Assembly: GCF_009914755.1 (NCBI RefSeq)
Contig: NC_060942.1
Reading direction: 5' to 3' (one strand)
Source of the DNA: the human T2T-CHM13v2.0 reference genome, Homo sapiens
DNA length: 64,000 bases
In this document: one piece after another, positions 13,030 through 29,000 of the stretch
Numbering within the stretch: the first letter of the stretch is position 1
How the letters are laid out: the number at the start of each line of letters is the position of its first letter
Notes under the pieces: generated by a model
What the model saw: only the letters and a program-made list of their open reading frames with translations
What the model was told of the DNA's origin: nothing
Database searches by the model: none
Translations under genes and position numbers: made by a program

Positions 13030-13819
13030 CAGGGTAGGAGGCAGGACTGAACTCTGGAATACATTTAAACCTGGCAGAAATAGGGAAGAGGTATCAAAAG
13101 CACCTCTCACCCCAGTGCAGTGGCACACGGTGGCTCACGCTTATAATCCCAGCACTTTGGGAGGTTGTGGCAGGTGAATTTCTGGAGGTCAGGAGTTCAA
13201 GATCAGCCTGACCAACATGGTCAAAACCCATCTCTACTAAAAATACAAAAATTAGCCAGGCATGGTGGTGGGCACCTGTCATCCCAGCTACTCAGGAGGC
13301 TGAAGCAGGAGAATCACTTGAACCCAGGAGGCAGAGGTTGCAGTGAGCAGAAATCAGGCTGCACTCCAGCCTGGGTGACAGAGGTAGACTGGGTCTCAAG
13401 AAAAGAAAAAAAAAAAAGCACATCTTCATAAGACACACCCACCAACATCACCAACATCATGATAGTTTACCATTGTCATGACAATGCCTGCAAGTTACTC
13501 CCATTTCTATGGCAAAGACCCAGAAATTACCACCCCTTTTCCAGAAATTTCTGACTAACCCATCCATTAATTTGCATGTAATTAAAAGCGGCTATTTGCA
13601 TGTAATTAAAAGCACTACAGAAGTACCCCTGAGCTGCTACTCTGGGCACACTGCCTATGGGGTAGCCCTGCTCTGCAGGAGCAGTCATGGGGCTGTAACA
13701 CTGTCACCTCAATAAACCTGCTTTCTTCTCCCACTGCTGGCTCTTGAATTCTTTCCTGAGTAAAGCCAAAATTTTTCCTGGGCTAAGTCCCAATTTGGGG
13801 GCTCATCTGTCCTGTAACA
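13030..13819 (+). mobile_element. ERV1 solo LTR (LTR19/MER41-related) containing an Alu
   Basis: ATAAGACACACCCACC, GCCTATGGGGTAGCCCTG, AATAAA at 13711 and terminal CA. GAAG at 13026-29 and 13820-23 is a likely 4-bp TSD. Confidence 0.8.
13109..13413 (+). mobile_element. AluS
   Basis: Dimeric Alu with A tail. TSD AAAAGCACCTCTC / AAAAGCACATCTTC. Confidence 0.97.
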
Positions 13820-15812
13820 GAAGTGCAGATATCTCTTTGACATAGTGACTTCATCGCATTTGAATACATACCCAGTAGTGGAATTGCTGGATCATATGGT
13901 AGTTTTGTTAACATTTTAATTTTTTGAGGAAACTCTGTAATGCTTTCTATAATGACTGTACTAATCTATATCCCCACCAGAAGTGTGTAAGGGTTCCCTT
14001 TTCTCCACATCCTTACCAACACTTGTTATCTTTTAACTTTCTGAGATCGCTATTCTAACTGGAGTGAGGTAGTATCTCATTATGGCTATGATTTGTATTT
14101 TCCTGATGGTTAGTGATGTTGAGCATTTTTATATACCTGTTGACCATTTGTATATCTTATTTTAAGAAGTGTCTAACCAGGTTCTTGCCAATTCTTAAAT
14201 CAGATTATTTGTTTTTTGTTTTTTTGTTTGTTTTGTTTTTTGTTTGTTTTTCTATTGAGTTTTTTTGAGTTTCTTGTATATTCTGGATATTAACTCCTTG
14301 TCAGATGTACAGTTTGCCAATATTTCCTCCCATTCTGTTGGTTGTCTATTCACTCTGTTGATGGTTTCCTTTTCTGTGCAGAAGCTTTTTAGTTTGATGT
14401 GATATTTTACCTTCCTTCCTTCCTTTCTTTCATTGTTTTCACAGTCTCTAGAGAGAAAGTAAGTTTTAGTGAAGTTTGCAATATTCTCTAAATTGAGCTA
14501 TTAATATCTATAATGCTTGAGGAATGGTCTTTGGAATTTGATTTTCAACAGTCCCCTCAGTTAACCTTAATGAAAGGATTTTGCAATGGGATAGGTATAG
14601 AAATCATGAAACAGAAAAGTTCTGGTGAATATCCTCATACAAACAGTGCACCCGTCCAGAGAGCTGCGAGTCGACGCAAGGCCTTTCGTCTGGCTTGCTA
14701 CATTTGCTAAATCTTGTCTCTGATAAAGACTAAAAGGCTTTTGCTATAATTAAATCACATATAAGGATTTTATTCCAAAATAAGGCAATAAATAAGTATA
14801 AAATTAACTAATTGGTTGACCATGCCAGCTGATGCCAGTTGCAGGAAAACGTGAAGGTGCTTAACCTTTTCTATAAGCTCAAAGCACCCTGCTGAACAGC
14901 CAGAAGCCATGCACATAACTGGGTAAAATAATAGGGCTCCTGAAGACGAAGGACAGCCTGGGGACAGTGAGTCCTCGCATAAGACATGACTCATTTCTCC
15001 AGTCCCATATCTCTTAAATGACTTAGTAATTAACAGCAAGACTATCATATATCATGATACAAGAAGCATCTAGGGACCAGAGCACTATTATAAGGAGAGA
15101 TGATTTCTTAGTTCTTATGGAGACATTAATTTATTTATATTACTCCTTTTTCTTAAATAAAGACATTATTGATATCATGCAGAATGATATTTTAAAGTTG
15201 CAGTCTACTATGAGATTAGGCTCTAACCCTAAGGGATAAATTCCATAATTCTCTAAAATTAATTTATTTTCAAAACTATAATTAACAGTTCACTAAAATC
15301 TCCAGCACCATTATAGCAATACAAGAGCTCCTAAAGTCCCAACTACATGCTCATAAAATTTTGATTACTTCTTGTAATAGTGCCATCTGGTAGCTTGGTT
15401 ACAGCTGCATCTTAAAACTTATTGGAGATTGGCTTATTTTTGAAATTTTTTACAGTATTTTGATAATTCAACATTTGGAAATAAAAAATATAGTCTTTTT
15501 AATCTTTCAAAAAAGTACAAATTAGTTCTTGTATAAAAATAATAATTTGGCTGTTTCTCTTAATATCAAGTACTACTATTAGTACTGCACATAACATTTA
15601 TTAAATCACTATTAGGTTAAACATAAGGAAATCATGCATCTAAAGTGTGCAAATAAGGGCATTTGGAATACTATAGTATCATCTTCTATCAAGTAATGTA
15701 ATTGTAAATAAACTTAAATCTAAATGTCTTATTTTTAGTTTCATACAAGCTTAAAAATTTTATACAGTCTAACATGCCTTAAAATAACAATAGAGGAAAG
15801 AAAGACTACCTT

Positions 15813-16098
15813 TCTTTCTTTTTTAAGAGACAGTGTCTTGTTCTGTTGCCCAGGCTGGAGTGCAGTGGCACAATCATGGTTTACTATAGCCTCAAACTCC
15901 TAGGCTCAAGCTATCCTTCCACCTCAGCCTATCTAGGAGTAGCTAGGACTGCAGGCATGTACCACCATGCCCAGCTAATAGTGAGATGAGAAGTCTCCCT
16001 ATTTTGCTCAGGCTGGTCTCAAACTCCTGAGCTCAAGCAATCCTCCTACCTTGACCTCACAAAGTGCTGGATTACACGTGTGAGCCACAAGTCCGGCT
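15813..16098 (-). mobile_element. AluJ
   Basis: Antisense Alu with J-type diagnostics. TSD AAGACTACC / AAGACTGCC. Confidence 0.95.
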
Positions 16099-16949
16099 AA
16101 GACTGCCCTTCAAGAGAACCTGGAATTTATTTACTCTTCTCAAGTCAGGCTATTGGAGCTACTAAGCAAACAGGGTAAGATGAATAACACTCCAGCTACC
16201 TCTGAGAGGACAGTTGCAGATCTTTAGATCATCTGAGACTCTAGCAAGTGGCATTTGTGGAAAGAAATGAACTGTGAAGCTTGGTGAGATTGGTCCCCAG
16301 GGATCCATAGACACCATGACCACCTCAACCCTGGGAGGAGACTGACATTGCCTAGTCTTCTTGGCCTCTGTCTGCTGGTGGGAGTCAAGACCTTCCTCTC
16401 GCCTGTTCCTGAGCAGCAGAAAAATTTCCTCATGCTGTTCCAACCTTGAGTAGCTCAGGGAAACACACAGGGAAGACCACATCCTAGTCCTATGGGTAGA
16501 TCTGACTCTACACAAGGTATTCTTGCAGCTGGACCACAGCCCCAAGGAGCATAGAGAGAAAAATAACCCATTTATGGGCCTATCCTAAGAGAAGACAAGG
16601 TGAATACTTAAGTCTTTCACAAGGCAGAGATAAAAGAGGAGCAAAGCAGCAACTACAATAAAATATTTTGACCTTTAGAATTTTTTAAACATCACAAAAT
16701 TTTAAAACTCCATTAGGTATTTTGGAGTACAGGATGGTGACTAAGCTAAAACAAAGCTTTGAATAATAAGTGGGGAAATGCCTCAAATCATAGGAAAAAT
16801 GTAAAGGTAAAGTAGAAGAGGAAATAAAAACACAGAGAAATAGACAGGCATGATCTGGTTAGCATCATTATCAAAATATTTGGGAGATTGTAAAAAAAAA
16901 TAAGATAAGAAAACAAAATAACAACTATAGACATAAATTAGTTTATCTA

Positions 16950-17275
16950 ATATAATTTCTACTTAAAATTCAAGAGATAAAAATGTATTGGATTGAAATA
17001 TTTTGTCGAATGACTAGTTTGAAAATAGAAAAGAGAAAAATGTACTTCAACACAGTGACAATGTCAATTATGACATACTTAACAATACTGTTAACAGCGT
17101 CCTGTACCTGTATAAAAGTTAAAACTACTATTAACAAAAAAGATATAAACAAATGAAAAACATCCCACGGATGCAGAAACCTAAAATCATATCAATGTAA
17201 ATTATCTCAAAACTCTGAATAAATCCAATGTAATTTCAGCTACAATTCTGATAGCTTTTTTTCAATATAAAATAA
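16950..17275 (+). mobile_element. Ancient L1 ORF2 remnant
   Basis: AAATGAAAAACATCCCA..AAATCCAATGTAATTTCAG matches the KWKDIP..RFNAIP region. Confidence 0.55.
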
Positions 17276-17276
17276 T

Positions 17277-18115
17277 ATTCATTTTTTTCTGTAAGTATTT
17301 GTTGAAAGTCAACACCATGCCTGGCATTATTTATGTCATTAAGGATGCAAAAGCAAACGAAATAGGTATGATTCTTCCCTCATGCTGTTTGTAGTCTACC
17401 AGGGAGAAATTCATTTCAAAATTGCATAGCATAATGTCAGGTTGGGAAAAGTGCTACGAGGAAAAAGCAAGAACATTTGCTAAATGAATTAAAGAGATTT
17501 TGTTTCAGATATGGTGGTCAGGAAACAACTTTCCTAAGAAGTACATTTAAATTGAGATGTGAATGCAGTGTGTTAAGCTATTAATCTCTGTAAATACATG
17601 GAGGAAAAGAATTATACCCAGTGAGTACCAATGCCCGAGGTAAAAATGTAGTGCGTTTGAAAAACAGCAAAGCAAAATGAGGAGAAGAATGTCAGGAACA
17701 GAGGTGCAAAATACAGCCAGATGCCACACTTTGCAAGGCCTGTGTAAACTGATGAGGACTTTGACTTTCATTCCACATGTGATAGGAAGGAATTTGATGG
17801 TGAGGGCAGGGGCAAGAGACTGGCTTGGTGTGTTATACATATTAAGGCATATTATGTTTTAGGATGGGGAATGAATGGCTGAGGGGCAACAGTGAAAGGA
17901 GAGAAGCAATGAGAAGGTCCTTGAGCAATTCAAGCAAGAGATGATTGTGGCTTAGAGTTTTGGTAATAGAAGAGTGAGAGTAGTTTAAGAAAATATTTTC
18001 AGGGTAAAGCCAACAGGTGCAGTTTATGGAAGGTATGTTGATTGTAAGCAAAAGGGAGAAGTCAGGGATGACTATGTTTTGTGTTGTTTGGTTTTTATAA
18101 ACTGAGCAACTCCAT
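17277..18115 (-). mobile_element. L2 (L2a-like) 3' region
   Basis: Begins at the antisense L2 3' end (ATTCA..AAGTATTTGTTGA..ATGCCTGGCA). Also GAGATGATTGTGGCTT and GTCAGGGATGACT..CTGAGCAACT. Confidence 0.8.
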
Positions 18116-18837
18116 CATCGTACGTTGTACTGAAAGGTGTGAAAATCAAGGAATATCCAGGAGAAGAATGAATTCAAAGATGTTGTGGGGACATTTTTTG
18201 CCAACCTAGATATCAGAACCTATTGAAATATTAATATTGTAAAAGAAACGTTACACCAACATGCCAGTAGACAAATAGGCTGATGAATCATAATACAGAG
18301 TCCAAAAATAACACTCATGATATATGAAAATTTATTGTATGACAAATGTGGTATTGCAAGTGTGAAAAGCATGCGACATTTAATAAAATACGTTGGCACC
18401 ATTAGATATCCATCTGGATAAGTATGATTTGAACTCTCTCTCACACATTATTAAAAATAAATTCCAGATGGTTTAATGATTTAATTAGGTGTGGAGAAGA
18501 TCATCTTTACTAATACTAAAACTTATAAATTATATGTGAGAAGAGATATATATATATCACATATATCTAATACTGTCTACGAAATAATTTGAGAAAATAA
18601 TAAGAAAACTTTATTTTCAACTCACATGATCAAAAAATGTGGTTATTATTTACATACTATTTGATCAAATTCATGTAAAAATACCAATACCTTAATAAAT
18701 CCATGAACAAAGTATATAAATAAGCAATTCATAGAAGGCTTTGTTAATTTAAAAATATATATATATATCTCATACTTTAACACAGAAATTTTACTATTTA
18801 TAATTTGTTCCATAGAGAAAAAAATTGGATTGTATGC

Positions 18838-19020
18838 TATGTATATATAAATACACATAAATATATCATATATAAATCTAAATGACATAAGGATATCATA
18901 TATAAGTATATATATACTATATTTATGTATCATACATAATATAAATATATCATATAATATGTATATGATATATAAAATATATTTATATCATGTATTTATC
19001 TTATACATAAAATTATATTT
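18838..19020. repeat. Degenerate (TA)n low-complexity tract
   Basis: Nearly all A/T with alternating TA. Confidence 0.9.
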
Positions 19021-19779
19021 AGTACAACATTGTCTGTAGTGGGAAAATCTGAAAATTATTGGATAGCTAATGCTCTAATTTAGTGGAATGTTATACAACC
19101 AGTAAAAATAATGATTTTTATAGTTTCACTAATGGACTTAAAAGGGATTTTGTGGATATTAGTCAATGAATAAGGCAGATATAAACCAGTTCATATGAAT
19201 CTACTTTTAAAGCAAAAGTGAAACAAAAGCCCTCAAACATTTATTTATTTGTATTTTCATATGGGATAGTATGAGTAAAATCAAAAATATTTCTATATGT
19301 TGGCATTACCAGACAGATTATATGATAACTATACACTATGTTTAATATATAAGATAAATAAAATGGCAGCCTTAAAATATAGGCATGAATTAGAAACTAT
19401 AAAGAATGAATAATTGCAAGTAATATTTTTTTAAATCAAAATTGGAGATGGTAAAATGGGCCAAAAATAATCAACAAATTTGGAAGTATTTGAAGTACAG
19501 AGAGTATACATACAATTACAATTCAATTAAGTTGGCAATCAATAGGAAAAATCACACATGAACCAACAAAACTTGGGAAAAAAAACATTTATGTTTGAAA
19601 TTCAATGCAAGAAACACAATTCTGAATTACTAATATATGAAAGAAAAATAATAGCCATGCAAATACCAACATATCCTTACTTTATGCTGGGCACTATAAT
19701 TAGCATGGAGGATGATGAACCAAAAAATCAAAACTTGCTGCTTTATAAGGCTTTTTTTTTTAAAGGATGTTGTCCTAAA

Positions 19780-19897
19780 CCCTTTATATTTAACCCTCAT
19801 AAGACCCCAAAGAGGGAAGAACTGTTCCCTCCTCAGTTTGCAGTCAAGGCAACAGGAGCCAGAAAAGATAAAAGACTTGGTCAAAAGTGCAGCTCGT
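19780..19897 (-). mobile_element. MIR fragment
   Basis: TTTAACCCTCATAAGACCCC..GGCAACAGGAGCCAGAAAAGATAAAAGACTTGGTCAA resembles the antisense MIR core. Confidence 0.6.
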
Positions 19898-20182
19898 TTT
19901 GGGCAGACCAGGAATACTTTGAACTGAATGATAAAGACGAGGAACAGCATAAGAAAATTAGATGGAATAAAAGCTTATTAGAAACATTCTTGTGCAAGTG
20001 CAACAAGAGACATGTAAATAACAGGATGTAAATAACAGCAGTGCTCACAACAACAAGCAGACAGGAAACACAGCAGATATCCATCAATAATAGATTTGAT
20101 AATTTCTGGAAGAATTATAAAATGGCCTACTCTACATCAATTAAAATGATTAAACTACATGTACATTCAGTATCAAATAATC

Positions 20183-20491
<309 letters not shown>

Positions 20492-20908
20492 AGAATCAAA
20501 GAATCTTGTAAGGATTGTGTAGAGAAGAAAAAATCAAAGAAAGATAGATTATAATTATGTTTCTGTAGAATTCAAGGACAGTCTCAATAAATGTTGATTA
20601 ATATACATAATTCTTAAGTTACATGCTTATTACCAAGCAATGAAAATAAAAGAAAACGTGAAGAAAAGAAAGAAAATGATTACCAAAAAAAGACAAGAAA
20701 ATGGTTACCTGTGGGGTGGAGGGAAGGTAACGTGACTAGGAAGAGACACATGGTTAGGAAGGGGACTTGAAAGTACTGACCATGTTGTATTTCTTAACCT
20801 GTGTGGTTAAGTGTGTGATGTATAAATGTTTTTGTATTGCACTTAGAAGTTTCTTTTTATGCTATATTTTCCATGGTATCTAATTTTAAAAAGAAAAATT
20901 TGAAGAGA

Positions 20909-21855
20909 ATGTATTGGGTATCTAAACTTTATAACAAATTTACCCTACAACTTAGTGGCTTAAAACATAAAGATACGTTGTCCTCACAGTTTCTGTACGT
21001 TTGAAATCCTGGATCAGTTCCACTGTGCCATTCTGGCCCAAGGTTTTCCATGAGGTTGCGGTTAAGATGTTGTCGGGGACATCAGTCATCTGAACGCTTA
21101 ACTGTGGCTGAAGATTCTGCTTCCAAGGAGGCTCGCTCACATGAGTAACAGACAGTGCTAGTTGTTGTCTGGCTTCAGCTTCTCCCAAGATAGTCCTCTC
21201 CATGGGTTTCCTTCCTGTCCTCATGACATGGTGGCTCGCTTTCCCCAGAGGAAGCACTGCAAGTGAGCAAGGGAGCTGTAGCAAAACCTTTCACCAGCTC
21301 GGCAATACTGGCTGCATTCTACTGCTTAGAAGTGATTCACTAAATCTGTTCCATATTGAAGGGAAGGAGAATTACATTCCACTTTTTAAACGAAAGAAAG
21401 AGTGTCCACCAATGATAGATTGGATAAAATAAATGTGGCACATATACACCATGGAATACTATGCAGCCATTAAAAAGAATGAGTTCATGTCTTTTGCAGG
21501 GACATGGATGAAGCTGGAAGCCATCATTCTCAGAAAACCAAACATTGCGTGTTCTCACTCACAAGTGGGAGTAGAACAATGAGAACACATGGACACAGGG
21601 AGGGGAACATCACACACAGAGGCCTGTCAGGAAGTGGGGGGCATGGGGAGGGAGAGCATTAGGACAAATACCTAATGAATGCTGGGCTTAAAACCTAGAT
21701 GATGGGTTGATAGGTGCAGCAAACAATCATGGCACATGTATACCTGTGTAACAAACCTGCACGTTCTGCACGTGTACCCCTGAACTTAAAGTACAATTTT
21801 TTTTAAAAAAAGAAAGAGTGCCAAAGAATTTGCAGACGCATTTTAAATCTACCCC
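20909..21855 (-). mobile_element. MaLR LTR (MLT1F-like) split by an L1PA
   Basis: AACTTAGTGGCTTAAAAC, CATGAGGTTGCGGTTAAGATG and TCCTCATGACATGGTGGCT. Resumes at CCAAAGAATTTGCAGAC after the L1. Confidence 0.8.
21405..21808 (+). mobile_element. 5'-truncated L1PA7/8-like 3' end
   Basis: GGGCTTAAAACCTAGATGATGGGTTGATAGGTGCAGCAAAC diagnostic. 12-bp TSD AAAGAAAGAGTG at 21393-404 and 21809-820. Confidence 0.95.
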
Positions 21856-22037
21856 AAGGAGGTATACCAGATTTGATGTTGGGAGAGGGACAGTAAAATG
21901 TTCAGCTACCTCCATAGACTGGCATTCTTTTTGCATAAAAGTTAAGTGCATCTACTTCAAAAATATTCCGTGGCAGATGCTGACTTATCCTTATGAGTCA
22001 CAACTGCGGGAAAAAAGCTTTTAAATTCTTATGATGA

Positions 22038-22344
<307 letters not shown>

Positions 22345-22679
22345 ATTCTTATGGCGAAATAAATCTTATATATGTAACATATTTGTTAAAACTACTAATA
22401 TATGTCTTATTTATTACTAGTTAGATAATGTGATGTAAGACTTTAATAAATACTTTTGTTGCAGAGATAGGAAACATTTTCAAATTTATCCTTTTCATGG
22501 AGATAGATTTCATGGAGTAGTTTTCAGTGAGAGTTTTGAGATTAATCTGAGGTTGTGTATTCTGTCCATGATAAACTACATCACACCCCTCTCACACAGA
22601 TTTGCACCAGGTGGGAAAATAATTCACATCTAACTCCCTTGTTTCCATTTATTTTTAATGCTTTCAATACTACCTAATA

Positions 22680-25190
<2,511 letters not shown>

Positions 25191-25608
25191 AGTCATCAAG
25201 ACATTTCTGATGATACCATTTTTCTCTCATCCTTGAGTCGACCTCCATAAATGGTAGTTGTATAAGAACAAACATTAATATACCCAGGGTATTAAGATAA
25301 TGTTCAGTGAATTACTCATTCAGCATTTTTTTTAGGAAGTCAGATACTTTGGGATACACATCAATAATATATAGTGCCCCAATAGCCCAAGAAAATGTGA
25401 AATGTTTCCCGATAGATAGAATTAAAGTTTAAAAGAGGTATAAGTACTGGAGCAAATGCAGCTCACACCATTTTTAAATTATTTTTTTTCCTTTTGTCCT
25501 ATCAAAGACACCCCAAAAGAACATCAGACCTAGTTCATGTAAGTTAAAAATATCTTCAAAATGTTAAATCATGAGGTAATTCACCTATTAGAATAAGTAT
25601 AGGATCTC

Positions 25609-25912
<304 letters not shown>

Positions 25913-27314
25913 AGGATAAGTGTAGGATCTCTATTCTAATTTTAAAAGACATTTTATGTAAAATAAAAAGGAGTATACCAATAATTTTACAGTAAGAATT
26001 CCTGTATATATACAGAAAACTAGTTAATAAACACTTTTTATTTCTTACTGAGATCTAAAGCTAAGTATACTTGTTATATCTGTAAAAGGGAAGAAAAATG
26101 GGATGGTTCAATGGATGATAATTCCACTGAAGGAACAACATTGTCATTGTTTTGTAGCCCACAATGTGTACTTAATTTTAAAATGATTCTTTCCTCCTTT
26201 GAAAATGATGACAACATGTACTTTTTGTCCAAAAGTTATGTATTTTTAGGTAAAGTATATTAATGTAAAGATGAGATAAATCATGATGATAAAAGACTAT
26301 CATTATAGAGCACCCCAATCGATCATTTCAAACAGATTTTTTAATCATTTACTTAGAATGCCCAAGTAATCATAATTTATTATAATAACTCAGATGAAAA
26401 ATAAATAACAAAGTAGACTGCATTTGTAGGACAATACAGACCAGATTCATGCTGACCAAGTGTTAAGCCTAGTTCAAATCCTCATGGTAATAACATGGAC
26501 ATAGTTCAAACCATATAATGTGTGTATTTCAAGTAAATATTACATAATTAAATTTCACAACATAACTTGGAATATTCTACAGAAATAATATATAAACAAT
26601 GCGTGCCACCAAAATTTTACAGTTTGGCTAAATATACTAGGATAAATTTACCTTGTTACAATTTTCCAACTTCATTTTCTAGAGTTCTGGTTCCAGTTGC
26701 CATAGAGCATGTGAAAAGAGAAATAGGCCTCCTGGTCTCTTCAGTAAATTAAATTCTATTTTCAAATTTTAATATATACCACAGTTTCATGTGAGCTGGT
26801 TTTTAAAAAAATATTTTAAAAAAAGATTTTTGCTGTAAAATAAATGAAACGATGTAAATTTTAGTAAATATAAATTTAAATATGTGTGTGTTAAAGTAAC
26901 TGATTAAAGGAAGATTATTTAAGTAGGGTTTTTATTCCTGAATGACTACCTTACCTCTGTAAGCTACTCAGAATGTAAAAGTTTAAAAAAATAGTGTGAG
27001 TAATGTGAAATAGGATTAAGGAGATTAATGCTTCTTGGAAGAGGTAATTAGACTCTAGATGGAAACAAATGATAAGGAAATAGAAAAGTATATTTAAGCC
27101 AATGCAAGACAGGAAAAAATATAGGATATATTGTTGTTAACTAATATTACAAGCAAGATTTACACAGGTGATCACTTTGACACAAAAATGTACTCATCCC
27201 ATTTCTAATTAAGTAAAATTCAAAATTATGTCCAGCTACTGCCACTAGAGGTATAATAATGGTTATTGTGCTCAAATTTTAGACTTTCTGGGTAGATAAG
27301 ATCTAATCTTCCTT

Positions 27315-27515
27315 TATTTATTTTTTAATTTTTTAAGAGACGGAGTCTTGCTCTGTCACCCAGACTGGAATGCAATGGCATGATCCTAGCTGACTGCAGC
27401 CTCCAGTTCCTGGGCTTACATGAACCTCCTGCCTCAGCCTCCCTGGGTCCACAGCTATGACTACCAGCTAATTTTTATTTTATTTTTTTTGTGTGTGGAA
27501 ATGGGGACACACTCA
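27315..27515 (-). mobile_element. AluJ, partial (right arm)
   Basis: GAGACGGAGTCTTGCTCTGTCACCCAGACTGGAATGCAATGGC... Confidence 0.9.
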
Positions 27516-27919
27516 GCCTCTATCATTCCTTTAACTCAGGTCTGCTAGATACAAATATAGTAGATCAAATAATATATTTAATTATCCCTCATATCAATAA
27601 AATAATTAGAGGAAAGAGAGTATGTAATGAAAAATAATACCTGTTTGATAAGGGAGAAATGATTTCAGCAGTCACTTACTTAGAATCTAAGCCATATCTG
27701 TTATACAGGAAGATAAAGATATAAGGAAAGACGTTCTCCTGGGTATTCATCTTCATATAATCTGGTTTGCCAATATTCTGCAAATCAGTTCTGCATCTAT
27801 GTATTTCAAGTTCATAAATGTCAGTGAAAGCCACATTGCTACTACTTGAGTCAAGTGACATCCATGTACCTATTAACCTCGCCAAAGTGTTGAGATCAGA
27901 TAAAAACATGTCTCACCAT

Positions 27920-28215
27920 GGCCAGGCACCGTGGCTCACTCTTGTAATCTCAACACTTTGGGAGACTGAGGCAGGAGGAGCTCTTGAGGCCTGGAGTTTA
28001 CGACAAGCCAGGACAACACAATGAGATTCCATCAGTTAAAAAAAAAAAAAAAAATGAACCAGCATGGTGGCTCGTGTCCATATTCCTAGCTACTTAGGAG
28101 GCTGCAACAGGAAGATTGCTTGAGCCTAGGAGTTTGAGGTTACAGTGAGCTATGATTGAGCTACTGCACTCCAGTCTGGATGACAAAGAGAGACCTCATC
28201 TCTAAAAAAAAGAAA
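27920..28215 (+). mobile_element. AluJ
   Basis: GGCCAGGCACCGTGG...GATTGCTTGAGCCTAGGAGTTTGAGGTTACAGTGAGCTATGAT. Confidence 0.95.
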
Positions 28216-28854
28216 ATATCAGATCTTACTGTTAATGAAATCTATAAACAATGGCAGGTGAAGATTGATTCTCAGAAGATTACACAAAGGAAGAAAAACA
28301 AAGACAAAACAATAATAAAAAGTAAAACAATAAAAAACTCTATAATCTGAAAAATTTGTCTCAAATTGTGTTTTTGGTATGGCATTAGTATGCGCTATGA
28401 AATGTCATTTTGGTAGTGATGAGAGAAATGGAAGAAGCTGTTTTGTGGAAATTCATTTTCGCTTTCATGAAGTCTTACAAATGATACATACCTTTAAACA
28501 GCAGACAATATAGATTTGGAAAATAGGTAAATTTGCTTGCCACATTAATAGCATGTTACACATTGATTCCACAGATTTATAGTTCCATATAGTTTTCTGG
28601 TATATGAGTTTTCTGATACTTACAAACAAATGACTAATAGTCATTTTATTATTTACCTTAACATTATGTATTAATTATATTACTAAATTCTGAAGCAATT
28701 CATAATTATTAATTTTATGTAATAGAATTTCACTTTAATATGCATGTCCAGTAATATCAGTGGGTATTTTACAATCTGCTGGTAAGTATATAAACCCAGA
28801 TGATTAAATCAGTTGACAAAACTAACTAGTTTATAACATTTAATCTTCCTATCA

Positions 28855-29000
28855 AGGTTATAAGGTAGAATTTACACACATGTACCCACTTAAACTGAAC
28901 AATATGATGTTTTAATAAATGTATATCCCCAAGAAACTGTTACCTCAATCAAGTTATAGACTATTTCCATTAACTCAAAATATTCCATTTTGATCTTCCC
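28855..29000 (-). mobile_element. L1ME-like 3' end fragment
   Basis: AATAAATGTATATCCC..CCTCAATCAAG..TATTTCCATTAACTCAAAA. Confidence 0.55.

Larger units (their letters stand above)
12420..14403 (-). mobile_element. L1MA 3' region split by an ERV1 LTR at 13030-13819
   Basis: L1 sequence stops at AATAGTGCTGCAATAAACGTGGAAG and resumes at GAAGTGCAGATATCTCTT. Confidence 0.9.

Noticed and set aside
16162-16545. 127-aa minus ORF in a GC-richer patch
   Set aside because: No recognisable domain. The patch may be an old repeat I cannot name.
19558-20031. Longest ORF (157 aa)
   Set aside because: Spans L1 remnants and a MIR, has AT-biased composition and no recognisable domain. Chance ORF.
27676-27909. 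77-aa minus ORF as a full coding exon
   Set aside because: The upstream acceptor lacks a pyrimidine tract and I recognise no homolog. Only the terminal 18-nt candidate was kept.
28417-28526. Plus-strand exon-like segment ending AG|GTAAAT
   Set aside because: Weak acceptor and stops in the frames I checked.
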